64,000 bases of DNA, taken from positions 288,001 through 352,000 of the forward strand of contig CAXXDV010000001.1 in the NCBI GenBank assembly GCA_963674745.2, written 5' to 3'. Below, in pieces: positions 10,634-20,277 of the stretch (within the stretch, counting starts at the first letter, position 1; every line of letters begins with the position of its first letter). The stretch comes from Desulfosudaceae bacterium (lineage in GTDB: Bacteria > Desulfobacterota > Desulfobacteria > Desulfobacterales > Desulfosudaceae). Under the pieces are notes generated by a model. The model did not search any database. It saw only the letters and a list, made by a program, of their open reading frames with translations, and was not told the origin of the DNA. Made by a program: the position numbers and the translations under genes.

Positions 10634-11401
10634 GTGCTGCTCGTCATCGATATCGGCAATACCAACACTGTCCTGGGACTTTTCAAGGGGAACACGCTGG
10701 TGTGTGACTGGCGTATCCGGACCGAAAAAGATACCACAGCCGACGAACTGGGCGTGCTTGTGGCGCACCTGTTCACCGCCGCAGAAGTATCACTGACCGA
10801 TGTTGAAAAAACGGTCATCTCCTCCGTCGTGCCGCCGGTCGACCGGATATATGATGCCTTCTGCACAAAATACCTGAAGCATAGGCCCCGCTGGATAGAT
10901 GCCCTCGCCGCCCAGGAGATACGTATAGACTATCTCAATCCATCGGAGATCGGCGCGGACCGGATCGTCAATGCCGTGGCGGCTTACAAAAAATACAAAA
11001 CCGCCCTGATTGTCATCGATTTCGGCACGGCCATTACCTTTGACCTGATATCCGCCGAAGGGGTCTATACCGGCGGTATTATTTCACCCGGTATCGCCAT
11101 CGCCGCCGAAGCCCTGTTTCAGAAAGCTTCCAAGCTGCCCCGGGTCGACTTGTTAACGCCGCCGGAAAATCTGGTCGGGCATGATACGGAAAGTGCCATA
11201 AAATCCGGTATTATTTTCGGTTATGCCGGGCTTGTGGACGGAATTGTTGGTCGCATTAAATCAGAAAAAGGGGGGGGGCAATGGAAAGTCATTGCAACCG
11301 GTGGGCTGGCAACACTGATCGCGGATGTGTCGGAAACGATTGAATGCGTTGAACCGAATCTCACCCTGGAGGGGTTGCGAATCATCGGCACGGACGCCTG
11401 A
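10634..11401 (+). CDS. coaX: Type III pantothenate kinase
   Basis: IDIGNTNT, GADRI, DFGTAITFD, ATGG. Confidence 0.96.
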   Translation: MLLVIDIGNTNTVLGLFKGNTLVCDWRIRTEKDTTADELGVLVAHLFTAAEVSLTDVEKTVISSVVPPVDRIYDAFCTKYLKHRPRWIDALAAQEIRIDYLNPSEIGADRIVNAVAAYKKYKTALIVIDFGTAITFDLISAEGVYTGGIISPGIAIAAEALFQKASKLPRVDLLTPPENLVGHDTESAIKSGIIFGYAGLVDGIVGRIKSEKGGGQWKVIATGGLATLIADVSETIECVEPNLTLEGLRIIGTDA

Positions 11402-11410
11402 GCAAGGCGG

Positions 11411-11572
11411 TCACTCCATATCCATTTCTCTGGTCAACCGGTCAAGGGTTTCACTGATTTGCTTTTTTTCCTCTTCAGACAAATCAGCCCGGGACAACTG
11501 TCGCCGCAGGTTAAGCAACATCATCTCTTCCCGGTATTCCTTACAGGTATATCGACCTCCCGTATTTTTCAT
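11411..11572 (-). CDS. Small hypothetical protein (53 aa), absent from ORF track
   Basis: ATG 11572 to TGA 11413-11411: MKNTGGRYTCKEYREEMMLLNLRRQLSRADLSEEEKKQISETLDRLTREMDME. It fills the gap, is co-oriented with the pilT operon, and looks helical and amphipathic. Confidence 0.7.
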   Translation of the reverse strand: MKNTGGRYTCKEYREEMMLLNLRRQLSRADLSEEEKKQISETLDRLTREMDME

Positions 11573-11612
11573 CGATCCGCTCTTATCATCATCCGACAGC
11601 GCCGGCGGCGAG

Positions 11613-12284
11613 TTAAATCATGCCCAGTGCTTTTTGTTCTTCCATATAAATGCGATAAAACTGGTCGTGATCCGTCAGGGCACGCTTTAATATTTTTTCA
11701 AAGTGCTCAACATCATTAACGTTGACGATCAATTCAACACTTCTTTCAAAACTGGTCATGGCGTCCATGGTTTTAAAACGTTTGGTCAGCAAAACCACGA
11801 AAATCTTACGCCGGGTTTTCATCTTCAGCCGTTCAAGATAAATAAGCACCCCGTTGGAATCCGGCGACCGCGAAGAGAAAGACTCGTTGACCACAATCAG
11901 ATCATAGTCATGGTAACGCATTTTTTTAAGGGCGTCCCGGGTATCAGCGGTTTCGGAAATATGGTACTCCATAAAATCAAGCACCTCCTTGACCTTATTC
12001 TTAATACCGCCGTCGGCCTCACATATCAGAGCGGTTTCGCCTTCTTCTTCAATAAAATCAAATGGTTTTTCCGAGGCGTCGTACGTGCTTTCATCCGGCC
12101 TTTCATCAAAGCCGAAAGCACCGCCGCCACCGAATGATGGGGCGGATGATGGCTCAGGTGCGGGGCCGGTTACAGAAATCTTGTTTTTACACTTGGGGCA
12201 TTTAACCACCGCACTTTTTCCCGCGGGAAGCTTCTCATCCGGAATTTTAAAACTGCCGCCACATTGGTCGCAACTGATATCCAT
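11613..12284 (-). CDS. MJ0042-type zinc-ribbon protein with C-terminal receiver-like domain
   Basis: CDQC...IPDEKLP...VKCPKC N-terminus; the C-terminal alpha/beta region resembles a degenerate receiver domain. Confidence 0.75.
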   Translation of the reverse strand: MDISCDQCGGSFKIPDEKLPAGKSAVVKCPKCKNKISVTGPAPEPSSAPSFGGGGAFGFDERPDESTYDASEKPFDFIEEEGETALICEADGGIKNKVKEVLDFMEYHISETADTRDALKKMRYHDYDLIVVNESFSSRSPDSNGVLIYLERLKMKTRRKIFVVLLTKRFKTMDAMTSFERSVELIVNVNDVEHFEKILKRALTDHDQFYRIYMEEQKALGMI

Positions 12285-12321
12285 TTGAATGCCTGTGCCT
12301 TTTTTTGAATTAATCTGCCGT

Positions 12322-13485
12322 TTAAGCTTTCTCGATCTTGGTGGCCATCTCCAACCGTTCTATTTCCGTCGTGGCTTCACCTCGAGCACTTTTTACACCA
12401 TCAATGCCTCTGCCCACGATTCCTTTGCGGGAGGCATACATTCTGGCTGTTTCTTCGGTAATCAGCCCCTCGGCGAAAAGCGTTACGATATAGTCATCAA
12501 AAGTCGTCATGCCGAAGGGCTTACCCTGCTGGATCATTTCATAAAAAGTCCGCCCCTCACCTTCACCGTTAAGAATGGCATCCTTGACACGCAGGTTGGC
12601 GCCCATGATCTCAAAAGCGGCGATTCTGCCGCCTCCGATTTTGGGCAGAAGTCGCTGGCAGACCGCCCACCGGAATGTTTCCGCCAGACGGATCCGGATC
12701 TGATGCTCCTCATCTACATCAAACATACCCATAATACGATTGATGGTGGACCCGGCATCAACGGTATGGAGCGTTGTAAAAACCAGATGGCCGGTTTCTG
12801 CGGCCCGCAATCCGATTTCGATGGATTCTTTGTCCCGCATTTCGCCCACCAGAATCACCTTGGGTGCCTGCCTCAAGGCCGCCCGCAGTCCGTTGCTGAA
12901 GTTGTCAAAATCCGTTCCCATCTCCCGCTGGTTAAAGGTGGCTTTTTTATGGGGGTGCTGATATTCAACCGGATCTTCCAGGGTAATGACATGCACCGAT
13001 TTATTGGCATTGATGTTATCCAGGATGGCGGCCAGAGACGTGGTTTTACCTGTTCCGGTGGCACCGGTAAAAAACACAATACCGTTTTTCTCCAGGGCGA
13101 TATTGTAAAAAACCTCCGGCAGGTTCATATCATCGATGGTCGGAATCGTCGACTCAAGACGCCGCAGGACAATGGAGTACTGGCCTGACTGCTGGAAAAT
13201 ATTCACCCTGAACCGGGCTTTCCCGGGAAGGCTGTAGGAAAGGTCGCATGAGCCGGTAGACAAAAGCGTTTCCGTCAACCGGCGGTCATGGTCGATCAAT
13301 GACAGTGCAAATGTTTCCGTCTGAAACGGTGTCAGGGTCTTTAAACCGTAACCGATATCCACATGGATAAGTTCTCCCGAGCTTTCCACCTGAAAGGGCT
13401 TACCGGCTGTCAGGTTAAGATCCGACACGTTTTCATAGGAATCAAGCAACTTGGTTAATACATGATCTATTTCTGTCCGTTGCAT
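12322..13485 (-). CDS. Type IV pilus retraction ATPase, PilT/PilU family (PilU-like)
   Basis: GATGTGKTT, TLEDPVE, ALRQAPKVILVGEMRD, TGHLVFTTLH. Confidence 0.92.
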   Translation of the reverse strand: MQRTEIDHVLTKLLDSYENVSDLNLTAGKPFQVESSGELIHVDIGYGLKTLTPFQTETFALSLIDHDRRLTETLLSTGSCDLSYSLPGKARFRVNIFQQSGQYSIVLRRLESTIPTIDDMNLPEVFYNIALEKNGIVFFTGATGTGKTTSLAAILDNINANKSVHVITLEDPVEYQHPHKKATFNQREMGTDFDNFSNGLRAALRQAPKVILVGEMRDKESIEIGLRAAETGHLVFTTLHTVDAGSTINRIMGMFDVDEEHQIRIRLAETFRWAVCQRLLPKIGGGRIAAFEIMGANLRVKDAILNGEGEGRTFYEMIQQGKPFGMTTFDDYIVTLFAEGLITEETARMYASRKGIVGRGIDGVKSARGEATTEIERLEMATKIEKA

Positions 13486-13517
13486 AACAAACCACCCCTC
13501 ACCGCTTGTCCATGTTC

Positions 13518-14606
13518 TTAAGCCTCCGTAAAATCCATCGGCGGCGTTCTCAAAAACGCTCTGAACTGGGATTTATCGTTGGCCTTATTGTACGCCTCCT
13601 CGGCGCTGATCCATCCTTTCTGGTACAACCCCATAATAGCGTCATCGAGAAGCTGCATGCCATATTTTTTCCCGGTCTGCATGGATGAAGGCAATTGATG
13701 GGTTTTGGCCTCCCGGATCAGGTTACGAACCGCCGGGGTGGCGATCATGATCTCCGGTGCCACGCACCGGCCCGGCTTGTCTACCCGCTTGAAAAGCACC
13801 TGAGACACCACCGCCCGGATACCGTCGGACAGGGTCGACCGGACCTGTTCCTGTTGCTCGGAAGGAAAAATTTCAATAACGCGATCCACGGTCTTGGCGG
13901 CGCTGCTGGTATGGACCGTCCCGAAAACCAGATGCCCTGTCGAGGCGGCTTCAATGGCCAGAGAGGTCGTTTCCAGGTCCCGCATCTCGCCGACCAGAAT
14001 AATGTCCGGGTCCTCACGCAAAGCCCCCCGAAGGGCCGCAGAGAAGGACTTGGTATGAACGCCCACTTCACGATGACTGACCGTGCACAACTTGGGCTCA
14101 TGCACAAATTCGATAGGGTCTTCAACGGTAATGATATTGTCTTTACGGGTTCTGTTGGCCTCGTCAATGATCGCGGCCAGCGTGGTTGATTTGCCGCTGC
14201 CGGTCGGTCCGGTGACCAGGACAAGCCCTCTCGGCAGGGAAGCCAGCTTGCCGATAACCTTTGGCAGGCCCAGTTGATCCGTTGTCAGGATCGTACTGGG
14301 AATTTCCCGGAATACAGCGCCGATGCCGCCGCGATGCATATAGAAATTGGCCCGGTACCTGGCCAGGCCCTGAATTTCATAACCGAAATCGACGTCGCCG
14401 GTTTCTTCAAACACCTTGGTCTTTTCTTCCGGTGTGATTTCATACAGCATCCCGCGCAGGCCATCCTCATCCAGGACATCGTAGTTTACACGCTCAATAT
14501 CCCCCCTGATTCTAAGGGCCGGCTTCAAACCACTGACCAGATGCAAGTCCGATGCGCCCTGCTCGTGCATCAATTTAAAAAACGCGTCAATCTTCGCCAT
14601 ACGCAA
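13518..14606 (-). CDS. pilT: Type IV pilus twitching motility ATPase PilT
   Basis: GPTGSGKST, EDPIE, LREDPDIILVGEMRD, AVRNLIRE signature. Confidence 0.95.
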   Translation of the reverse strand: MRMAKIDAFFKLMHEQGASDLHLVSGLKPALRIRGDIERVNYDVLDEDGLRGMLYEITPEEKTKVFEETGDVDFGYEIQGLARYRANFYMHRGGIGAVFREIPSTILTTDQLGLPKVIGKLASLPRGLVLVTGPTGSGKSTTLAAIIDEANRTRKDNIITVEDPIEFVHEPKLCTVSHREVGVHTKSFSAALRGALREDPDIILVGEMRDLETTSLAIEAASTGHLVFGTVHTSSAAKTVDRVIEIFPSEQQEQVRSTLSDGIRAVVSQVLFKRVDKPGRCVAPEIMIATPAVRNLIREAKTHQLPSSMQTGKKYGMQLLDDAIMGLYQKGWISAEEAYNKANDKSQFRAFLRTPPMDFTEA

Positions 14607-14667
14607 CCTCCGGCCGTTTTACAACCGCCATCCACATTAATTTGATTATAATCACAAGCCGGCCGGG

Positions 14668-14967
14668 CTATACCAGCCGCTGTGCCAGCATCACCATGCT
14701 GTTAACGACAAACCGCTGAAGAAAAACAATCCCAAGGATCACAATAATCGGGGAAAAATCGATCCCCCCGTAAATCACGGGCAGCTTCGACCGGATCTGA
14801 TATAACACAGGCTCCGTAATATTCCGGATAAAGCGAACAATCGGGTTATATGGATCCGGGCTGACCCATGACAGAACCGCCTGGGCGATAATGATATACA
14901 TATACAATGTCAACACCATCTGCAGCACTTCAGCCGCCGCTATCAAGAAATTTGCCAGAATAAACAT
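14668..14967 (-). CDS. yggT: YggT family membrane protein
   Basis: LSWVSPDPYNPIVRFI...TEPVL...GIDFSPI. Confidence 0.93.
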   Translation of the reverse strand: MFILANFLIAAAEVLQMVLTLYMYIIIAQAVLSWVSPDPYNPIVRFIRNITEPVLYQIRSKLPVIYGGIDFSPIIVILGIVFLQRFVVNSMVMLAQRLV

Positions 14968-15084
14968 AGGGTTAAACCGTATCGAAATATATTTTAATGA
15001 TTTAGATCAATTATCAGGTCATCTTTATGCAGCATGTAATAATGTAAATGTACCCTGACAAATAGTCAAGCATTCAATGATATC

Positions 15085-15366
15085 TCATATGACGACCGTG
15101 CGTCCGTCGATGATAAGCGAAAGCGGGCCGGTGCCGTCTCCCATCAGAACCACTTCATGGGCCTGGCCACCGGCAAGCTCCCGGTAATCGGCCCGGAGCC
15201 TTGAAAAATCGCAGGTTTCAAGGGCCTTTCTCAAAAGTTCAAGTTTTTTCTCAGCACTGTCGTCCCCGGCAGCCGATTTAAGGCAGGTTGAAAGAAGACG
15301 GTTATATTGCCGCCGGGTCTCGGTCTGGATGCAGTGTTTCGAAAGGTCAAGCGGAATGCGTATCAT
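15085..15366 (-). CDS. Hypothetical protein
   Basis: ORF co-oriented with neighbours; start uncertain (15366 or 15411); no recognisable motif. Confidence 0.6.
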   Translation of the reverse strand: MIRIPLDLSKHCIQTETRRQYNRLLSTCLKSAAGDDSAEKKLELLRKALETCDFSRLRADYRELAGGQAHEVVLMGDGTGPLSLIIDGRTVVI

Positions 15367-15436
15367 GGCTGCCCGGCAAGAGAAGATACGATTAAAAAAC
15401 ATGCCTGCCAAAACATGTGTTCAGGCAATGGCAACG

Positions 15437-15901
15437 TTACCAGGCGAGGGAGCTGTGAATCCAGCCTGCATCTCCGTCGGCATGCTGGATGTTGATCCAT
15501 GCCCCCTTACTTTTTAAACATCTGAAGGGCACGCCCTGCTTGGCCCGAAAAACAACCGGGAAATCCGTTCCCGGTCCTGAACGGACATTACAGTTTTTCT
15601 TTTTAACCACAACGGTTTTGGTTTTATCCAGCAATGAATTGTGTACCCAGCCCTTGTCACCTTCAAAATCTTCAACTTTATACCACTTTTCTTTTTTTTC
15701 GAGCACGGTGAAGGGATAATAACGTTCCACTTTCCAGATAACGTCAAAATCTGTTCCCGGACCACTGCGGATGTTGGCAATCGCACCGGAGACGGCATAA
15801 CGCTCCGCGCCCGATGCGATGTCCGGAAGGGAAAACGCAGCCAGACATAAAATCAGCGCCAGAATGATTTTTTCTGTTTTTGTATTTGATATCATGGCCA
15901 A
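15437..15901 (-). CDS. Secreted protein with two bacterial SH3 domains
   Basis: Signal peptide; two N(I/V)RSGPGTDF...GW(V/I)H repeats. Confidence 0.9.
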   Translation of the reverse strand: MAMISNTKTEKIILALILCLAAFSLPDIASGAERYAVSGAIANIRSGPGTDFDVIWKVERYYPFTVLEKKEKWYKVEDFEGDKGWVHNSLLDKTKTVVVKKKNCNVRSGPGTDFPVVFRAKQGVPFRCLKSKGAWINIQHADGDAGWIHSSLAW

Positions 15902-15936
15902 ATTAAATGGTGTACGCCTAAAAAGTCAAAATTGTA

Positions 15937-15981
15937 ATGGTTTCGTAAAAAGTTCAAAAATTATTTTTTTTACGGAACCAT
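15937..15981. repeat. Inverted repeat, short MITE-like element
   Basis: ATGGTTTCGTAAAAA ... TTTTTACGGAACCAT (14/15 match). A related half-site lies at about 29592-29611. Confidence 0.7.
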
Positions 15982-15985
15982 CAGG

Positions 15986-16612
15986 CTATACCTGATGAAA
16001 AATCATGCCCGGTAATTCCAGGCAGGTCAACTGATAGCCATAAACGGCTCCCGTATCAATTCCGATCTTATTGTCTTGAATCAGCACTTCAGTATACGGT
16101 GTATGCCCGAAAACAACAAGCTTGCCGAAATCATAGCTCGAATCAATGAACGACTTACGGATCCACAACAGATCCTCAGCTTTCTGATGTTCGAGGGGGA
16201 TACCTTCCCGCAGGCCGGCATGAACAAAAATATAATCATCGGTCTCATAATACAGCTGAAGACAATTAAAAAAATCAAGATGTGCCTGAGGAACCGAGAC
16301 ATTCCCCTTGTCATTCGTATAGGCTTTAAGGGTCTGTTCGCCACCGTTAAACAAAAAAGTGATTTCATCTTCTCCGGAAAGGTAATTGAAGAACATCTCC
16401 TCATGATTGCCTTTTAAGAAAACAATGTTGCTGTGTTGTTTTCTCAACCCGGCCAGATAATCAACAACCTGGTAGGAGTCCTCACCCCGATCAATATAAT
16501 CTCCCAGAAAAACCAGTGTGTCTTTATCATAACTGATCTTGAGCTTTCCCATAAGCTCTTTCAGCTTTTGATAACTTCCATGTATATCGCCGACCGCAAA
16601 AATTTTCCCCAT
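15986..16612 (-). CDS. Metallophosphoesterase (PPP Ser/Thr phosphatase-like)
   Basis: GDIHG, GDYIDRG, GNHE, HAG, GHTP, IDTGA. Confidence 0.93.
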   Translation of the reverse strand: MGKIFAVGDIHGSYQKLKELMGKLKISYDKDTLVFLGDYIDRGEDSYQVVDYLAGLRKQHSNIVFLKGNHEEMFFNYLSGEDEITFLFNGGEQTLKAYTNDKGNVSVPQAHLDFFNCLQLYYETDDYIFVHAGLREGIPLEHQKAEDLLWIRKSFIDSSYDFGKLVVFGHTPYTEVLIQDNKIGIDTGAVYGYQLTCLELPGMIFHQV

Positions 16613-16719
16613 GATCCTACTTACATCGCTAAAGGTTTTATGCCTGCCAAAGCATTAATTGTCTGGTAACATCAATATATTATCTCAATTAAAATTCATA
16701 CCTTTTTTAAGAAAAAAAA

Positions 16720-18903
16720 TCAACCGCCAAAAAATAAAAGCCCCGTCCGATAAACCGCAAAGGAGACACACCAGGCGACAAGAGTGGAATATAGGATATT
16801 GAAAAACGCCCATTTAATTGAAGCGGTTTCCCGCATGATCATCAGGACCGTGGCCAGACAGGGAACGTAAAGCAGCACAAAAACCATCATCGACAGGGCC
16901 GACAGCGGTGTCATTCCTGAATTAATAAGGGCCTTGCCCAGGGCCGCCCGGCTATCTTCCTGGCCTTCAACCGCATGCAGGATCCCCATGGTACTGACCA
17001 CAATTTCCTTGGCCACAAAACCCGTCAACAGGGCCACGCTGCCACGCCAGTCAATGCCGATCGGCGCAAACACCGGCTCAATAAACCGGCCGATTTTTCC
17101 CATGTAAACGTTCTGTGTACGTTCTTTTTCCCGATCACGCAGGACGCGGTCTATGGCCCTATCCCGCCTGTCCATCAACAGTTTACGCCGGTTCTGGTCT
17201 GATTCCCGGGACAGTTCGGTATTATAATGCGTATGGATATCAGCCAGCATGCTTTCATAATCGGTTGAAAACCGGATATCCTGAGGGAATACGGTCAACA
17301 CCCAGATAATGATGGAACCGAAAAGAATGACCCCACCCATTTTTTTTAAAAATTGCCTGGCCCGATCCCACATGTGGATCAACAACCCCTTTATCATGGG
17401 GGCCCGATAAGGCGGCAGTTCCATGACGAAAGGGGCGTCCTCACCACGCAGCAGGGTCGACCGGAAAATCCTTCCGGAGACCATGGCGACAAGAATACCG
17501 GTCAAATAAATGAAAAAAATTACCGTTCCGGCACTGTTGGGGAAAAATGTCCCGGCCAGCACAATATAAACCGGCAGCCGGGCGGAACAGGACATGAACG
17601 GTGTAATCAGAATGGTCAGTATGCGATCCTTTCTGTTTTCCAGCGTACGGGTGGCCATTATAGCCGGAACACTGCAGCCGAACCCCATCAGCATGGGAAT
17701 AAAGGACTTACCGTGAAGGCCGATAATATGCATTATTCTGTCCATCAGGAAGGCTGCCCGGGCCATATAACCGGTGTCTTCGAAAAGCGCGATGCAGAAG
17801 AAAAGAATCAATATATTCGGCAGGAACACGGCCACACTGCCGACTCCGGCCATCACGCCGTTTACCAGAAAGTCCTTAAACAGACCGTCAGCAAGGAAAT
17901 GATTCATGAACAGCGACAGGAGCGCAAACCCCTTGTCAATCACCTCCATGGGAAAAGCGCCAATGGAAAACGTCAGCTGAAACATGAGCCAGATAAAAAA
18001 TATAAAAATCGGGAAACCCAGAAATTTGTTGGTCAGTAAAAGATCGATATTGCGGGACATATCGACACGATTTTTTTTGGTGACGGAGACGACCTCCCGG
18101 GTAATTCCGGCGATAAAGCCGTATCGTTCATCCGTCATAACGATTTCAATATCGTCATCATAAATGTCCGCCAGACGATTACGATGGGCTTCAGCCTTCT
18201 CCAGGATGGCCGTTCCCCAGGTCCCGGCCTCATTTCTGACCCGTTCGCAGATAATCTGGTCATGCTCGAGAAGCTTGATGGCAATCCAGCGGGTGCTGTA
18301 AAAAAGCCCGCCCTGATCGTCGATCATGGATTGAAGGTCTGCCAGGGCCCCTTCTATATCCCGATTATAGTGGACCCGTCTTTCGGGCAGCGCGGGCTTA
18401 CCCTCCTCGGCCAGAAGGATGGCCTTTTCCAGAATATCGGTGACGCCCTCTCCGCGGTTCCCGACGGTATAAACAATTTCAACGTCAAGCAACTCGGACA
18501 GTTTCCCGGCGTCAATGCGGACCCCTTTGGACTCGGCCAGGTCGGCCATGTTCAGAACAAACAGAACCTTGCAGTCCAGTTCCCTGATCTGGGTTGCCAG
18601 GTAAAGATTCCGTTCAATATTGGAAGCGTCTATAATATTAACGACCACATCCGGCGATTCATTAACAATAAAATCCCTGGCGATCACCTCTTCCACTGAA
18701 AAAGGCGTCAGGCTGTAAGTACCCGGCAGATCAATGATATGAATCTCACGCTCATCATGGTGTATAACCCCCTCTTTTTTTTCAACGGTCACACCCGGCC
18801 AGTTGCCGACTTTCTGTCGCGTACCTGTCAGAACGTTAAAAATGGTGGTCTTGCCGGCATTGGGGTTTCCGGTCAGCGCGATTTTAATATGCTTTTTACT
18901 CAT
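16720..18903 (-). CDS. feoB: Ferrous iron transporter FeoB
   Basis: GNPNAGKT, GNWPGVTVE, DLPGTYSL, GFGCSVPA, PFMSCSARLP. Confidence 0.97.
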   Translation of the reverse strand: MSKKHIKIALTGNPNAGKTTIFNVLTGTRQKVGNWPGVTVEKKEGVIHHDEREIHIIDLPGTYSLTPFSVEEVIARDFIVNESPDVVVNIIDASNIERNLYLATQIRELDCKVLFVLNMADLAESKGVRIDAGKLSELLDVEIVYTVGNRGEGVTDILEKAILLAEEGKPALPERRVHYNRDIEGALADLQSMIDDQGGLFYSTRWIAIKLLEHDQIICERVRNEAGTWGTAILEKAEAHRNRLADIYDDDIEIVMTDERYGFIAGITREVVSVTKKNRVDMSRNIDLLLTNKFLGFPIFIFFIWLMFQLTFSIGAFPMEVIDKGFALLSLFMNHFLADGLFKDFLVNGVMAGVGSVAVFLPNILILFFCIALFEDTGYMARAAFLMDRIMHIIGLHGKSFIPMLMGFGCSVPAIMATRTLENRKDRILTILITPFMSCSARLPVYIVLAGTFFPNSAGTVIFFIYLTGILVAMVSGRIFRSTLLRGEDAPFVMELPPYRAPMIKGLLIHMWDRARQFLKKMGGVILFGSIIIWVLTVFPQDIRFSTDYESMLADIHTHYNTELSRESDQNRRKLLMDRRDRAIDRVLRDREKERTQNVYMGKIGRFIEPVFAPIGIDWRGSVALLTGFVAKEIVVSTMGILHAVEGQEDSRAALGKALINSGMTPLSALSMMVFVLLYVPCLATVLMIMRETASIKWAFFNILYSTLVAWCVSFAVYRTGLLFFGG

Positions 18904-18906
18904 GCG

Positions 18907-19158
18907 CTATGCTTTATGGCTGTCTGTCACGTCTGTAACCGTTATCAGAGCAGCCTCCTCCACGCGAAGTGAAATGGAATATCCTTTAATGAAAAGCTCA
19001 ATAGGGTCCTTGAGGGGGGCGTATTTTTCCACGTAAACGACAGTGCCTTTAACCAGCCCCATCTCAAGCAACCGCCTGCGGAAAGCGCCTTTACCGCCTA
19101 CCCGGAAAATGGTGGCTGACTGACCTTCTTTAATTTCGTTCAGCTGCATCGACGTCAC
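18907..19158 (-). CDS. feoA: FeoA family protein
   Basis: RRRLLEMGLVKG...APLKDPI...ISLRVEEA. Confidence 0.93.
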   Translation of the reverse strand: MTSMQLNEIKEGQSATIFRVGGKGAFRRRLLEMGLVKGTVVYVEKYAPLKDPIELFIKGYSISLRVEEAALITVTDVTDSHKA

Positions 19159-19248
19159 TTCTCACAACGTTAATAAAACCATAGTAAAACTTTATATATT
19201 TATCAAAATTCTTAACCGATCACAAGAGAATATAATGAAGAGCGGCGC

Positions 19249-19929
19249 TTATTTGCCGGCGGGCTTGACCTGAATTTTTTTTGCCAGCCCCCGGCCGATG
19301 GCATATCGTTTATTTCCGGTGGCCACGACCAGCTGCCCGGTGGGGTCGCTGGTGATGACATCCAGGACATCCCCCACCCGGAGCCCCATGGACATCAAAC
19401 GCATACGCGCGTTGGAACCGCCGGTAAAATCATCGATTGAGACTTTTTCGCCCTGCTTGGCGCGAACCAGGGGAACAATCATATCCCGCTTGTTCAGACA
19501 GTCGGCACAGATGCCGTATATTTCCATGCGGTGCTGAAGCATATGAAATCCATGAGTCGCCGCCACCTCTTCCTGAAGCTGCTCCAGCTGATCATCCACA
19601 AACTCCAGAATTTTTCCGCATTTCATACAAATCATATGGTCATGATGGTCTTCCAGATGCCGTTTTTCATAACGAATGGCACCGTCCTCAAACCGATGCT
19701 TGTATGCGAATCCGTAATGGCAAAGCATCTTGAGCGTATCCCGGATAAAAGCCGTGTCAAAATCATACCCGTTTTCCGCTAAAATCACTTTTAATTCCGA
19801 TACGGTTAAATGGCAATCGGTTTGCAAAAAAACTTCCAGGATGGCCAGGCGGCCATCAAAATCCTTGAGTTCTTCTTCATTAAACAGCTTTTTAAACTGT
19901 TTTTTTTCCCGCTCGTGTAATCTTTTCAT
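19249..19929 (-). CDS. Fur-family regulator fused to a C-terminal FeoA domain
   Basis: HHDHMICMKCGKILEF and YGICADC (Fur), then RMRLMSMGLRVGD...IGRGLAKKI (FeoA). Start taken at MKRLHERE (19929). Confidence 0.88.
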   Translation of the reverse strand: MKRLHEREKKQFKKLFNEEELKDFDGRLAILEVFLQTDCHLTVSELKVILAENGYDFDTAFIRDTLKMLCHYGFAYKHRFEDGAIRYEKRHLEDHHDHMICMKCGKILEFVDDQLEQLQEEVAATHGFHMLQHRMEIYGICADCLNKRDMIVPLVRAKQGEKVSIDDFTGGSNARMRLMSMGLRVGDVLDVITSDPTGQLVVATGNKRYAIGRGLAKKIQVKPAGK

Positions 19930-20181
19930 ATCCGTTTTCTTCCTGATCGTCCCTAAAAAAACGCCTGCCCGACGATTGTCTCTGCGAGGCATATTACAGC
20001 CGGCAGCACAAGTCAACCCACCGCCGGGGACGCCTTTTTCTACTTGTTTAGTATATTATTTTCTGATATTATAATTAAATTTGTAAAATTGTAAACTATC
20101 GAATAATATTGTTTCGAGTCTCAACCGGGCACTGCTCGGAACCAAACTCGTAAGTAACACGAGTCCTTTTGTAACTTTAAG

Positions 20182-20238
20182 GGTTTTAAGGTTTTAAAGT
20201 GTTAAAGTTTTAGGTTGTTATGTGATTAGCGGTTTTAA
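20182..20238. repeat. Degenerate ~8-nt tandem repeat array
   Basis: ggttttaa ggttttaa agtgttaa agttttag gttgttat gtgattag. Confidence 0.65.
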
Positions 20239-20277
20239 CCGTTAATACAATTTTGTTATCAAAATCGAAGATATATC

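Noticed and set aside
11270..11278. G9 tract in coaX as a phase-variation site
   Set aside because: It is in frame (KGGG) in a likely essential gene, with no evidence of slippage.
20110..20175. Riboswitch between fur and proC
   Set aside because: Only small hairpins (e.g. ACTCGT...ACGAGT); no aptamer consensus that I recognise.
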